Positions 1-21,496 of a DNA stretch of 64,000 nt are shown here, one piece after another. The stretch's first letter is position 1, and each line of letters starts with the position of its first letter. The DNA is from the human T2T-CHM13v2.0 reference genome, Homo sapiens: NCBI RefSeq assembly GCF_009914755.1, contig NC_060940.1; one strand, written 5' to 3'. Made by a program: the position numbers and the translations under genes. Below the pieces are notes generated by a model that had not been told where the DNA came from, did not search any database, and saw only the letters and a list, made by a program, of their open reading frames with translations.

Positions 1-680
1 GTGTGGTGCTTTTGAAGCATGTAGATTTGTTTTTGTCAGTTTCGAATACCTAAATTGTTTTTTTGCTCACAATAACAAAATGCACTTTTTTTGTGGAATG
101 CAGTTTTTTCCTAAGTTTTACTTTTCCACCTGTCAATTCAAAAAGGAAACAAAACCTATCACTATAAAGACAACTTCATTATTAAAATTTCTTTTTTTTT
201 CTTGAGACAGAGTCTCGCTCTGTCACCCAGGCTGGAGTGCAGTGGCACAATCTTGGCTTACTGCAACCTCCACCTCCCAGTTCAAGTGATTCCCCTGCCT
301 CAGCCTCCTGAGTTAACAGGTGCGCACCACCACGGCCGGCTAATTTTTGTATTTTTAGTAGAGACAGGGTTTCACCAGTGTTGGCCAGGCTGGTCTCAAA
401 CTCCTGAGCTCAGGTGATCCACCCACCTCGACCTCCCCAAGTGTTGGGATTACAGATGTGAGCCACTGCGTCCAGCCTAAAATTTCTTCAAGTATAAAAT
501 TCTTTAGTTCTTAAGCCTCCTGCAGGAGGCAGGAACTAAACAAAAAACATGACTAATAGCAGCCTAAATAAGATAGACGTTTTCTTTTTCTCTGTCATAA
601 TAGAAATTTAGAGGTAGGCTGTTCAGGGCTGGTATGGCAGCTTCATGAGTTTAATATCCCAGATACCTGCTTTTATTTAA

Positions 681-971
<291 letters not shown>

Positions 972-1159
972 TGATTCGCCTGCCTCAGCCTCCCAAAGTG
1001 CTGGGATTACAGGCGTGAGCCACTGCGCCCGGCCCCTTTCATTCTTAAGTTGGCCTCATGGTCCAAGGTGGCTGCTGGAGCTCCAGCCATTATATCTATA
1101 TTTCAGTCAGTGAGATCAAGGAAGGGAAGTAGGGCAAGGGAGCATATGGGTGCTGAATC

Positions 1160-2342
<1,183 letters not shown>

Positions 2343-2459
2343 CATCTAATTGTCCAGAACTTAGTCATGGGACCACCTCTATTCACAAGGGACCCTGGAA
2401 AGTGCCGTGTTTTAGCTGGGCACATTGCACTTCCCAGCAAAAACTTTCAGTTGGGCCTA

Positions 2460-2885
<426 letters not shown>

Positions 2886-4302
2886 TCAATTGACAGGTGG
2901 AGCATCTTGCTAAGTGGGAGAGCTGAGAGTGCAACCTCAAGTCTGTCCAATTCCAAAACTGCTGTTACCGCTAAAGGATTAACCGCAGCACAATTGCCAG
3001 TAGGGATGGGTTGTTTAGATGGGAGCATTCCAGCTGCAAAGCAAAACAAGAGTAAGAAACCATGAGGCTCACCATATCTCAAACCACGCTGCACAGCTGT
3101 TCAGGTGGCATCCAGGGGGCCTTGGTTCAATCATGTGGCCCCTGCGCCCCACCACACTGTGGCCCAATGATTGATGAGAACGAACAGTGATGGAATCAGA
3201 GAGAGTAGGTCCAGTTCCTGGAGTCTCGTTATATCCTCTTGAAATTGGTGCCAGCTTTTTTTTTTTTTTTTTTTTTCCCTGCATTTACCAAATATGTTAT
3301 CTGTGTTCATACGCAAGCTGGAAAATTTCCTGAAAGACCCAAAAAGAACAAAACAGGCCAAATGCAGTGTTGAAGGCAACTTAAATGTCTGCCAATAGCA
3401 GGACCTTGGGTACACCGTGGAGCAATGTGGCTTTGAGCAGGGATAATTAGAAGACGCAGCTGTTGGAGCACCAAGGATTTTTATTTTTCAACAACAAAGG
3501 AAATGATTTTAGCAAAGGACCAAGTTCTAGGTGCACTGTCGTTATCACCGAGATGAAATGCATAATGTGTGTGGGCAGGACTGGAAGGGAGGCAGATACA
3601 TGAAAACATCGTCTTTTTAAGGGTTGAGATTATAGAATAGTTAATTTTTTAATGGCTTTTGGCTAAATTTACATTTATCCTCTCACTAGGCAGTCTCATT
3701 CCTAAGTGTATATTAAAAAAAAAAAAAAAAAAAAAAGAGCAAAGGCAGTGCTTAGAATGTTCTCAGCATCTTGATTCATAATCGCCCAAACTGGAAACAG
3801 CTCAAATGTCCATTAACAGGACCGTGGAGAAATAAATTGTGATATAATTATACAATTTATGGTTGAGTAGTAAAAAGGAATGAAATGCTAATACACAACA
3901 ATTTGGGTTTATCTCAGAGATGTTATAGTGATCAAAAGAAGCCAGACGAAAAAGAGTAGGTACTGTGAGATTTCATTTATATGAAGTTCGGTCGGGTGCA
4001 GTGGCTCATGCCTTTAATCCCAGCCCTTTGGGAGGCCTAGACAGGAGGATTGCTTGGGCCCAGGAGTTCGAGACCAGCCTGAGCAACATGGGAAAACCTG
4101 GTCTCTACAGAAAATACAAAAATTAGCTGGGTGTGGTGGCGTGAACCTGTAGTCCCACCTGCTTGGGAGGCTGAGATGGAAGGGTCACTTGAGCCTCGGA
4201 GGCGGAGGTTGCAGTGAGCTGACATTGTGCCAGTGCACTTCAGCCTTGGTGACAGGGCGAGTTGTCTGAAAAAAACATCAGATCAGCAGGGCAGGTGGAT
4301 CA

Positions 4303-4563
<261 letters not shown>

Positions 4564-6724
4564 TTAGATTTTTCCAGTAAGTAAGGTTCAGAGGCAGTGG
4601 CAAGTGGAGGAAAGTGAACAGGTAACACACTTGAGAGCGATTTGCATCTGGATTGTTCAGAAAGCAAGCTGGTAAGAGAGGAAGGAGATGTGGTCCAGGG
4701 TAAGATGGGGCAGATCACCTGGGCCTTCAGCCATGCAGAGGGGTCTGGATTTCATGGGAGGCGGTGGGAACAGCTGGAGAAGAAATTATATCTGATCCAC
4801 ATTCCAGGAATTGGCAGAACAGCTATTCTGAGACTGCGTGGGGTTGTGCGGTACCTGGGTTCACTTACATAGCTTCTGGGGCCCCAGAAGACTCTCCATC
4901 TGTGGGTTGCAATTAACGCCCGTGCCGCCACCCAGAAAGAAGCTGCCAACCACAGAGGCCTTGTAAAAGCCACCTGCTGCTATTGATGCTTTTTGTTGGA
5001 CTCTGCCCCAAAGCAGCCCAGTACACCTGGCCCAGGGCAGGATGCAGGGAGGCCGAGTTCCTAGCAACCCTTTGTTAGTTTTCCCAGCTCTCCTGTCGAT
5101 AAGCAATTGTAGGCACCTTGTGGAATCAGGAACCCCGGGCTCACCAGTTCCTTTTGCGTAGATGAGAAAAACCTAGGCTAGGAGAGCGCAGTGTCCTCAC
5201 ATGGCTGGTGCAGCCTCTGATCCACAGCTCCACAAAGCTTGCAGAAGGTGGTTGGCTTTTGTTCTGAATCTAACAAGACTTATCGGGAGGCTCTTGGTGC
5301 CTGGCACTGGCTGAATGCCCAGGTTGGGGGAGGCAGAGCAGATGAAGCATCTGCCCGCGAGGGTGGGTGGAGCTGCTTGTGAAACGTATCATCGTAGCCC
5401 GGGAGCTGGGACACTGAAGCCCGGAGAAGGTGCTCATGGAGGATGGGAAGGGCTTCCCGAGGAAGTGACATCTGTGCTCCCATCTGCTGGGTGATGAGGA
5501 ATGGCCTGGACGGGATGGGCATGGTGGGTGGAGGCAGGCGGCCTGTGTGCAGGGAAGGAAGGGGAGAGTTACAGGATGAGATGAGTTGAGGGAAGAAGCA
5601 TGGTTGGCAACTCTAACAGCGCTGGGAGGCCATCGGAGGGGGGTGACGAGATTGACCCTATCCTCATGGGCATCTCAGCTGGGCTGAGTGTGCTGGAACC
5701 GGCCATTGCATGGACACAGTCACTCCTGAGGGGATGTGATCAACAGGCGGAATTCTGTCACTTAATGATAACAATAGTCACCAGCTAACTGAATGCTTAC
5801 TGTTAGGTCAAACTATATGAAACTGCTAATACTTATTTCTTATCTACAGAAACAGCTATTTCCTGTGGTTCAACCTAGTATTACCAGGCACTGTGCTTAG
5901 TGACATCATGCATATCTATATGATTTATGAAATAATGTGTCCACGCAAATACACATCACATGTAAGACTGTAACTCTTACATGTCACCCTCACAATGACC
6001 CCGTGAAGCAAGCTTTGTTTTGTTTCGTTTGTTTTCTTAATAATATTTTATTTTTGTAGAGATGGCATTTTGCCATGTGCCTGGGCTGGTCTCAGACTCC
6101 TGGCCTCAAGTGATCTCCCGCCTCTGCCTCCTGAAGTGCGGGTATTACAAGCATGAGCCACCCCACCTGGCCGAGCAAGCCTTGTTGTTCCCATTTTACA
6201 GATAAGGAAACTGAGGCTTAGAGAAGTAAAGTGTTAGTCGTGTTTATATTGCCAGTCAGTAGTTGAGTCAGGATTTGAACTGAGGTCTCGTTGACCTCAA
6301 AGCCTATGCTGAAAACCACACTGCTGGTTCCAGAAAACCCTAGAGGTGAAAGGCTTCAGAGAGGCAGTACAGGGTAGAGGTTAGCACTTTGCAGCCCAGA
6401 TGGCCTGGGTTTGAATCCCAGTTCTGCCCCTTGCTAGCCATGTGACCTTGGGGAGGAGATTAACTAGCTTCTTTGTGCCTTAGTCTACCCATCACATATA
6501 GGAATGAGCACCTCAGGTTTTTTGTGAGGATTGAATGAACTGATGTTTGTAAAACTGCTTAGAACGATGCCTGGGGCTGTGGGCTTTGTATAAGCGTGAG
6601 CTATTATTGTCACTGTCCTTGTCATTGGTGGTGCTATTCCTGTGGTTCACCAGGTGAGTGGGCACCCCTGTGAGGGCAGCCCGGCTCTAACATTTTGCCT
6701 CCTGGAGGTATCGGTTACGTCTAG

Positions 6725-7048
<324 letters not shown>

Positions 7049-8116
7049 TAGCACCTTGTCTCTTTGCCTCGATCTTTTCCTCGCACCTTGAGCTGGGTAT
7101 AAAGCCAAACCCCGGCCTTGCAGAAAGGATGGAGAGGCTTGATGAGCGCGGAGGACAGATGAATCATTAAGAGCAGACAGCGGCACTGTAGACATGCAGT
7201 GCCCGCGGCATTTAAGTGCAGGGACACAGCTCTTCTGGAGTCAGAAAGCCCTGCAAGTGCTTCCCGTTAACTGTCATCCTAGTGATGCAAGACTGCCAGC
7301 GACCGACTCTGCTATTGAGTATCTTCATACCGCTGTTCCCGTCTGGGGGTGATCATGCACCCCTGGGTGATGTGTGTCAGAAGCAATTTACTAATACTAA
7401 GCTAAACCATATGAGATTGTCATCTTGTGGGCCAGATGTCATGGCTCACGCCTGTAATCCCAGTACTTTGGGAGGCTGAGGCAGGAGGATCCATTAGATT
7501 CCAGGCCAGCCTGGGCAACATAGCAAGACCCCCATCTCTCTTAAAAAAAAAAAAAAAAAAAAAAAGTAGCCCATCATGGTGGTGTGTGCCTGTAGTCCTA
7601 GCTTCTCGAGAGGCTGAGGCTGGAGGATCGTTTCAGCCCAGGAGTTCAAAGTTGCATTGAGCTATGATTACACCACTGCACTCCAGCCTGGGTGACAGAG
7701 TGAGACCCTGTCTCTGGAAAAACAAAAAAAGGAGATGGGGGTGGGAGATTGACATCTTGTGGATCACAGATAATAGCATCAATCCAAAAGAGGCAGAAGT
7801 TTGCTAATTATTTGCTGAATTTAGAGAAGTGTCCCTCTCACCCATTTGCATCCTTATAGACTTTTCTGAAAAAGTGACAGCACCCCAGAGGTGTCCCATA
7901 ACCATTAGCCCGTCTTACACACTCTAATCCCATAGCGTAAGTCTGGGTGGGCTAACCCTGAATGATTACAGACCTTGACTTCCCTTCAGAATTTTTAGGG
8001 AGTTTGTCACAATCTGGCTGTGTCTGTCGGAGTAGTGAGGATCAGTCACTTGGTTCATAAGGGCTGCAATGGAGAAAAGATCAACACCCCATCTTCCTAG
8101 AATGCTTTATATTTTA

Positions 8117-8296
<180 letters not shown>

Positions 8297-8321
8297 CTAT
8301 ATTAAAAATACAAAAAAATTA

Positions 8322-8675
<354 letters not shown>

Positions 8676-9144
8676 CTAAAAACAAAACAAAAAACCAAAA
8701 ATTTGCCAGGTGTGGTGGCATGGGCCTGTAGTCGCAGCTACTCAGGCTGAGGCAGGAGGATCACTGGAACTTGGAAGGTTGAGGCGGCAGTGAGCTGTGA
8801 TCATGTCATCCACACTCCAGCCTGGATGGCAGAGTAAGACCCCATCTCAAAAAAACAAAATGACAGAAAACATGATTTCTGTTTCTATTTTAAAGGGTAA
8901 AATAGTATATTTTAACACTTTGAAATGAAGAGTCTGGGCTTGGGAACGTTACAATGATGTTTACTCGTACTAGTTACGCACTCCCCTCCCAGATCTGTCT
9001 CGTAACAAGAGACTGTTATTTTCTACTTGTTTTTAGCCAAAAGGCCGAGAAACGATGGTTATTTTAAATCCCTAGTGTCTCTTACAGTTGATGTCTTCTT
9101 AGTATTTAGGAATTTCCAGGACATCTTTTTGTTGTTGTTAATGC

Positions 9145-9146
<2 letters not shown>

Positions 9147-9182
<36 letters not shown>

Positions 9183-9216
9183 TGTGTGATTATAGGAGTG
9201 ACCCACTACGCCCGGC

Positions 9217-9248
<32 letters not shown>

Positions 9249-9300
9249 TGTGTGTATGTGTGTGTGTGTGATTATAGGAGTGACCCACTACGCCCGGCCT
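9147..9300. repeat. Compound (TG)n microsatellite with a duplicated 28-bp spacer
   Basis: (TG)n-attataggagtgacccactacgcccggc-(TG)n-attataggagtgacccactacgcccggc. Confidence 0.95.
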
Positions 9301-9595
9301 ATGTGTATGTATTTTAAAGGCTTCAATGAGAAAAAAGTTGGTTCTTAAAAAGGCAAGCTTCAGATTCCAGGGAAGATTGCCTCTGGAGAGCTCTGTTTTA
9401 ATCCATGGGTTTGCCAGATTAATGAGGATTTACTGGCCTCGTGCCTTCGGCCCTCCCTACCCTGCGCCCATTGTGCATGTTTTGAAAAAGCAGTGCCAGG
9501 AAGGACTCTCTCTGGAATTACTGCGGAGTTACTTGAGTTAGCAAAGAATCCCCTTCCTCCCCCAAGAGCTGTAAGCCAAGTCTCTGTAGAGCTGA

Positions 9596-9799
<204 letters not shown>

Positions 9800-10199
9800 T
9801 AATGGGGGAGCCAGTTGTCCTTGGCTTTGGATTCCAGCTCCAACAGGAATGGGGGAGAGGAACTTGAGAGGTACGGAGTTTGAGGAGCAGGTACAGTGCC
9901 ACAGTGCCTGGTGACCAACTAGAGCAGGAGACGGATTTGACATGTGGCCAGGATTTTCCCCATCAGTCACACAGATTCCTTAGTGGCCCAAGAGGATACT
10001 TCCAGGTACGAGGGGAATGCTTTTAAAGCTATGAATTTCCCTCTAAGAACTGCTTTAGCTGCATCTCACAAATGATGATACATTGTGTTTTCATATTGTC
10101 ACCTGGCTAAAAATATTTTCCAGTTTCTTATTATGTGGCCCATGAGTTATTTTGGAAATGTGTGTGCTTAGGAGATGGCAATGTGGCAGGCCTGGGTGA

Positions 10200-10514
<315 letters not shown>

Positions 10515-10647
10515 TGATCTGACCGCCTCAGCCTCCCATAATTCATACTTGTTGAAAATAATTTGTTTCCTATTATCTCAGTGGAAAAAAAAAAAAAAAG
10601 AAAAAGGAAAGTCAAGTACGCCCGCTTACTCTAGAAATGCCACGTGA

Positions 10648-10935
<288 letters not shown>

Positions 10936-11237
10936 TAGGGTGAAAATAGTTTACCGGCTTTACCCAAGATCTGGGGTATCCATATACGAGACTGTGGGAT
11001 GCTGTCAGGGCATTCAGAAGGTATTCACATTGTGAAGAAGTTTCCCCCTCTATTTCTCTTTCATAACTTCTGATGGTATCACAGAGAAAGTCTTAGTCTG
11101 GGGCTAGCAGGTCTTTAACACCTTAGCAATTGAGATGATCTCCCTTCAACAGACAGATAAACAGCAGCCCTCACACTTGGAGTCTTCAACAGGACGGCTT
11201 CTGTCTATCAGAAATAACCTTCTGTTATTTGTTATGA

Positions 11238-11595
<358 letters not shown>

Positions 11596-12768
11596 TGATT
11601 GTAATAAATTTTCCTCTTAAGTAAGTTGAGAAATTAAGTCTAAGTGACTTGATTAAGCATATTAAAACAACAAGAGAATGAGTACATGCATACTACACGA
11701 ATGATGTAGCTGGGAACTGACCAAAGTTTGGGAAACCCTGCAGTTATTGAACCCCAGTCCCCTTTTTATAGATGGAGAAAAAGGGAACCTGGGGAGGGAC
11801 AACAGCTGATCCAAGGTCCCACGTGGCTTGGTAGAACAGCTGGGACTAGGACCTGTGCCTCCAGTCTTTGATGTTGCGTTGCCCTTAATAACTGCCTTCT
11901 TAGGCCCTGAACAGCAGCACAAGTAGGAACAGCAGTGATAATAGATAATCACAATAATGCCTGGCGACACCCCCACCCTACATTAATGATAACAGGGACA
12001 CACATAGTGCCTTGTAGAATGTCAGGCCCAGACTTAAACGTTTAATATAGAGTAATGCACTCAGTCTTTACCCCGCTCTATGACTGATTTTTGAGACACG
12101 GTCTCACTCTTGCCCGGGTTGGAGTGTAGTGCGATCTCATTCGCTGCCTCCCAGGCTCAAGTGATTCTCCTACCTCTGCCTCCTGAGTGTCTGGGACCAC
12201 GGGCATATGCCATCACACCGGACTGATTTTTGTATTTTTAGTAGAGACGGGATTTTGCCCAGACTCATCTTGATCTCCTGAGCTCTAGTGATCTGCCTGC
12301 CTTGGCCTCCCAAAGTGCTGGGATTACAAGCGGGAGCCACCATGCCCAGCCCAGCCCTATAATTTAGATGCTACTATTACCCCCATTTTACAGGTGAGGA
12401 AACTGAGACAAAAAGCTGAAGTTACTTGCCCAAGATCACATGGCTGGTAAATGGCAGACCTAGGCGTTGAGCCTGTGCCTCCTCAGAGACCCTATCCAGT
12501 GCCATGGGAGTCATGCTACCCGGCCTCCTGAGGAGAGATGCCCCTTGGGAGTGAGACCAAGGCCTCTGTAAGGTCTGTCCTCCTGAGGAATTCACAGAGG
12601 TGACCTCGGCCCACTCCTTTAACATTCTGACTGGGTGAACCAGGTCCCATGTCACGGGTGAGCATTGTAAGAATGGCGTGAGTGCCCCCGTGAGGAACCA
12701 AGGGTGTATTACACCGGCGGCTTCCAACTTGACACTGAATTTAATTCACTTACAAGGTATTTCATTAG

Positions 12769-12978
<210 letters not shown>

Positions 12979-13507
12979 TGAATTTCACATGCCATGGAAT
13001 TCACCCAGTTAAAGCGTTCAGTTAGATTGAATTCAGTTTTTTTTTGTTTGTTTGAGACTTAAGTCTCGCTCCAGCCTGGAGTGCAGTGGCATGATCTCAG
13101 CTCACTGCAACCTCCTTCTCCTGGGTTCAAGCGATTCCCAGCCTCCTGAGTAGCTGGGATTACAGGCGATTTTTGTATTTTTAGTAGAGAAGGGATTTCA
13201 CCATGTTGGCCCGGCTGGTCTCGAACTCCTGACCTCGTGATCCACCCGCCTCAGCCTCCCAAAGTGCTGGGATCACAGGTGTGAGCCACCACACCCGGCC
13301 TGAGTTCAGTTTTTAAAAGCATTTTACTTTTGACTGACTTTTATATTTTTAGAAGGATCGTGTTTGACAAACCCAAGAGAAAGTAATTGTCCTCATTAGT
13401 CCTACCACTATTCTGTATTTGCATGTATTTTTATATATAGATAGAAAGTTCCACATACTTCTCTCCATTCCGCTCACTGTGTTGTTATAGCATCTCCCCT
13501 TCAATTA

Positions 13508-13869
<362 letters not shown>

Positions 13870-14181
13870 TTATGGTGGAGAAAGACAGTTTGTTCCTGTT
13901 CGCCCCGTTCCTCTCCTCTCCAGAGAGAGGCCCCATTAGCATTCGGGTGAATTTCCCCCAAAACTTTCCCGTGTGGATTCCCACATACCCCAACACTTTT
14001 GTTTGCTTGTTTCTTTTTCTTTTAACGTAAGTGGAATCTACCTGTTATCCTGTGAAACCTTTTCTTTAACCATGAGGCACCTTTGCATCTGTGTATAGTA
14101 ACAGTCACTGCCTCTAAGGGCTGCTGTGAGGCTCAGATGAGATCATGGGTCTCAAGTGCTGAGCAGAGCAACTTGCCTTAG

Positions 14182-14703
<522 letters not shown>

Positions 14704-15190
14704 TAGCACGTCCACAAAAGGGCTGCATGTCTTGCCTAAAAGTTGCCCGGCGTTTTCTTGTTATGTGCCGTCTGCAGTGCCCCTGAGCTTGGCCATGTGC
14801 TCTGCAGCCTGGTTCAGCACCTGTGTGTGCCCTGGACGGGGAGGTGCATTCCCCGAGGCTAAAACCAGTGAACCTGGCCCAGGCCATATCCAGCTGTGGG
14901 CCTCAGGAAATGCTGAACTGAACTACTTTTCAAAAGGAGGGTTGTGTGTCCCTGGGCAAGTTACCGCCCCTCTCTGTGTCTCAGTCTCCTTGTGTGTAAA
15001 CTGGGGATAATGAAAGGACCCTCCCACATGGGGTTGCTGTGAGGATTGGATGAGACACTGCGATACAGATGCTGCTTTTATCCTTGCCTTCCTGCCGGGG
15101 TGGGCAGCCAGGGTAACTCACTTTTATTGTCGTGTCTGTCCAGAGAAGACCACTCATTTCATTGACTCCATTTATAAATATTTATTTAAA

Positions 15191-16236
<1,046 letters not shown>

Positions 16237-16560
16237 AAATGTGTGTTGAACACCTACTATGTGCTCTGAGCCCTGGGATACAGCAGTGAACAATTAGAGC
16301 CTGTCCTCATTGAGTGGATGGTGCAGTGGGTGTGGGAGACAGAATACACTCAAGCATGCGAGCCCCAAGAGGGCTGGGGACAGGCAGTGCCCTGAAGGAG
16401 AAGGCAGTGCGGGAGGGGACAGAGGGACACAGGGCTGAGAGGGTGCTCTGTATCGACCAGAGATCCACAGGATGCAAGGGGGTCATTTGGGGAATAACAT
16501 TCCAGGAAGGGCAACCCCCCAGTGCTGAGGCCTGGGAGGCCACCTTGGGCAGCAGAGTGA

Positions 16561-16977
<417 letters not shown>

Positions 16978-17242
16978 TGAAGGCTTTTAGGTGAACTGAC
17001 AGCCTGAAGACCAAATGAGCCCCACAGATTTGTTTTGGAAGATTTTTTGTTGTTGTTGTTGAGAGAGGGTCTTGCTCTGTTACCCAGGCTAGAGTGCAGT
17101 GGTGTGATCTCAGCCCACTGCAGCGGCAGCCTCCCAAGTGGGGGGACTACACATGGTTGGGAGTGCAGGTGTGTGCCACTGCACCTGGCTAATTTTTGTA
17201 TTTTTTGTAGAGATGGGGGTCCTACTATGTTGTCCAGGCTGA

Positions 17243-17536
<294 letters not shown>

Positions 17537-18175
17537 TAGCTAATTTTTGTGTTATTAGTAGAGATGGGGTTTTGCCATGTTGGCCAGGGTGGTCTTGAAC
17601 TCCTGACCTCAACTGATCCACCCGCCTCAGCCTCCCCAAGTGCTGGGATTACAGGTGTGAGCCACTGCACCTGGCCTGGAAGAAATTTGAATAAGTTGCA
17701 AATACTGAAAAATCTGGAAGACTTAATATAAAAATTTATTTTCTGCTTTTTTTGGAAGATCAGAACATCTGGCAACATCAGGTCAATCCTCCCCCGCCTG
17801 GCTCTTTCTAGTCAACCTGTGAGCCTCCTGGTTCACCCCAGTCCCTCCCTGTCCCATTCATTGCCTAGTTGGCCCCTCCAAAACATTAGAATTTGTGATC
17901 TCTAGAATAAGGTGTCACCATCCCTTCTAGGGGGATGGCTCAAGGGAAGTGAGAAATTGTCAGAATTTTGGAACCTTCTCTTGGTTCCGAGCTGTTCTTG
18001 GAAGAGGTTCCTTGACCTGAGTGATACCCTTAGACTTTCCTCTGGAATTGGTCTGACAGTCTTCCTGGCCATTTGCTGGGGGACAAGGCTGCTTTCACCT
18101 CTGAACATATGGACTTATTGAACTGTTCCTACGTACCTCCCACAAAGCTCAGAACATTCTGTTCCCAGCAGATAA

Positions 18176-18619
<444 letters not shown>

Positions 18620-19111
18620 TGACACCCCTGTAGGAGGGAAGAAGGAGCCCACTTCTCAAGAGCCAGGCAGGAAGGGGAGAACTGGAGGTCAGGAACATCA
18701 TCCTTTGGCCATTAGCTAGAGAACCTAGTTCCTTCAAGAGAGGATGCATGGAGACCAGGTCATAGCAAAGGGCCGGAAGATCTGCCTGAATCTTTCAGAT
18801 ATTTCAACAACTCATGATGGGAAACTCACCATCAAAGGTGTGAAAAACAGTGGGGAAATGAGGAAATGCCTGATTATTACTTAATAGTTTCTTGAGTCTA
18901 AACAAATAGGGCTTTGTTGGAAATTCCTTCTGCCTCTTCTGTATCTCTTTTGAGGTCTCTAGTAACTTATAAAAAGCCGAGTCATTCCTTTTGGGAGCCT
19001 GGCAAAGGGAAGAGAGTCCTTCTTGACCTTCGGCCGAAACACCCTTAAAGGAGTGTCTCTGGGCAGCGCGCAAGGGAGAGGGCTGTCGAGTTGGGTTGAC
19101 CAGATGACTGA

Positions 19112-19612
<501 letters not shown>

Positions 19613-20021
19613 TGAGTAGCTGGGACTACAGGCACATGCCACCACACCCAGCTAAATTTGTTTTGTACTTTTTTGTGGAGATGGGGTTCCACTGTGTTGC
19701 CCAGGCTGCCCTTGAACTCCTGGGCTCAAGCAATCCACCCACCTTGGCCTCCAAAAGTGCTGGGATTACAGGCATGAGGCACCGTGGCTGGCCTTCATTG
19801 TTTTTATTGAAGTTAGGCTGTGCTGCTGCTTCCCTGAATTTCCTCTTAGTATATGATTAACAACGTGGGAATTAACTGACTATCAGTCCCGACTTCCTGT
19901 CCCCGGGAGGGGTAGTTTCAGAGCATCTAGAAAAATCCAAAAAGACACCGTCTTCTCTCTCTGCTGCCAGAGTCAGACTGAGCATCTCTAACCCTTCCAA
20001 GAGCTAGACAAGAAATAAGAC

Positions 20022-20278
20022 TTTTTAATTTTCGATTCACGGGGTGCACCTGCAGGCTTGTTACGTGGGTATATTGTGTGATGCTGATGCTTCGGCTTCT
20101 ATGGATCTCATCACCCAACTATTGAACAGAGTACCCGAGAGAGAGTAGTTTCTCAACCATTACCCTCCTCCATCTGTCCCCACTTATGGAGGCTCCAGTG
20201 TTTATCATTTCCATCTTTACAACCATGAGTACGCAGAGTTTAGCTCCCTCTTACAAGTGAGAACACACAGTATTTGGT
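20022..20278 (-). mobile_element. L1 (L1PB/L1MA-like) 3'-end fragment
   Basis: gcaggcttgttacgtgggtatattgtgtgatgctga ... ttacaagtgagaacacacagtatttggt; flanked by gaaataagact / gaaataaggat. Confidence 0.7.
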
Positions 20279-20287
20279 GAGAAATAA

Positions 20288-20611
<324 letters not shown>

Positions 20612-21262
20612 TAAGGATTTTCTAGACCAATCCCCGCAGGTGGATTCCTTAATATGTTGCCTTTTAGTGTAATCTTCCCTAAAGTGTCTTAGAAGATTCT
20701 CTTCTGTGGTTGGATGACGGGAGAATCCACGGGACTTTACTGTTAGGAATCACCTGTGCTGCGTCTCATTTCTGGAGGTTCTCAACCCACTTGCATATTG
20801 AAGGCTCCAGGAAGTTGTATGGAAAGGAAATCTGTTGTATTCTGCCAAACTCAGACTTTCCAGACTTTTTTTTTTTTTCCATTATTAAGGCAATTTTTTT
20901 TTTGGAGATAGAGTCTTGCTCTGGAGTGCAGTGGCACAATCTTGGCTCACTGCAACTTCCGTCTCCCGGGTTCAAGTGATTCTCCTGCCTCAGTCTCCTG
21001 AGTAGCTGGGACTACAGGTATGCACCACCATGCCCAGCTAATTTTTGTATTTTTACTAGAGACAGGGTGTTGCCATGTTGGCCAGGCTGGTCTCGAACTC
21101 CTGACCTTAAGTGATCCACTCGCCTCGGCCTGCCAAAGTGCTGGGATTACAGGCGTGAACCACCGTACCTGGCCTTTTTCTCCATTATTAACATCTCCAG
21201 AAATAGTGATTCCAAGGAGCTCTGATACCCCACCTTCAACAGTCCTGGCCAGAAGTCCTTAG

Positions 21263-21496
<234 letters not shown>

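Noticed and set aside
9189-9298. 28-bp identical repeats with spacers (also the 29.3-kb triple repeat) resembling a CRISPR array
   Set aside because: Only 2-3 units, spacers are microsatellite or homologous, repeats are Alu-derived, human context, no cas genes
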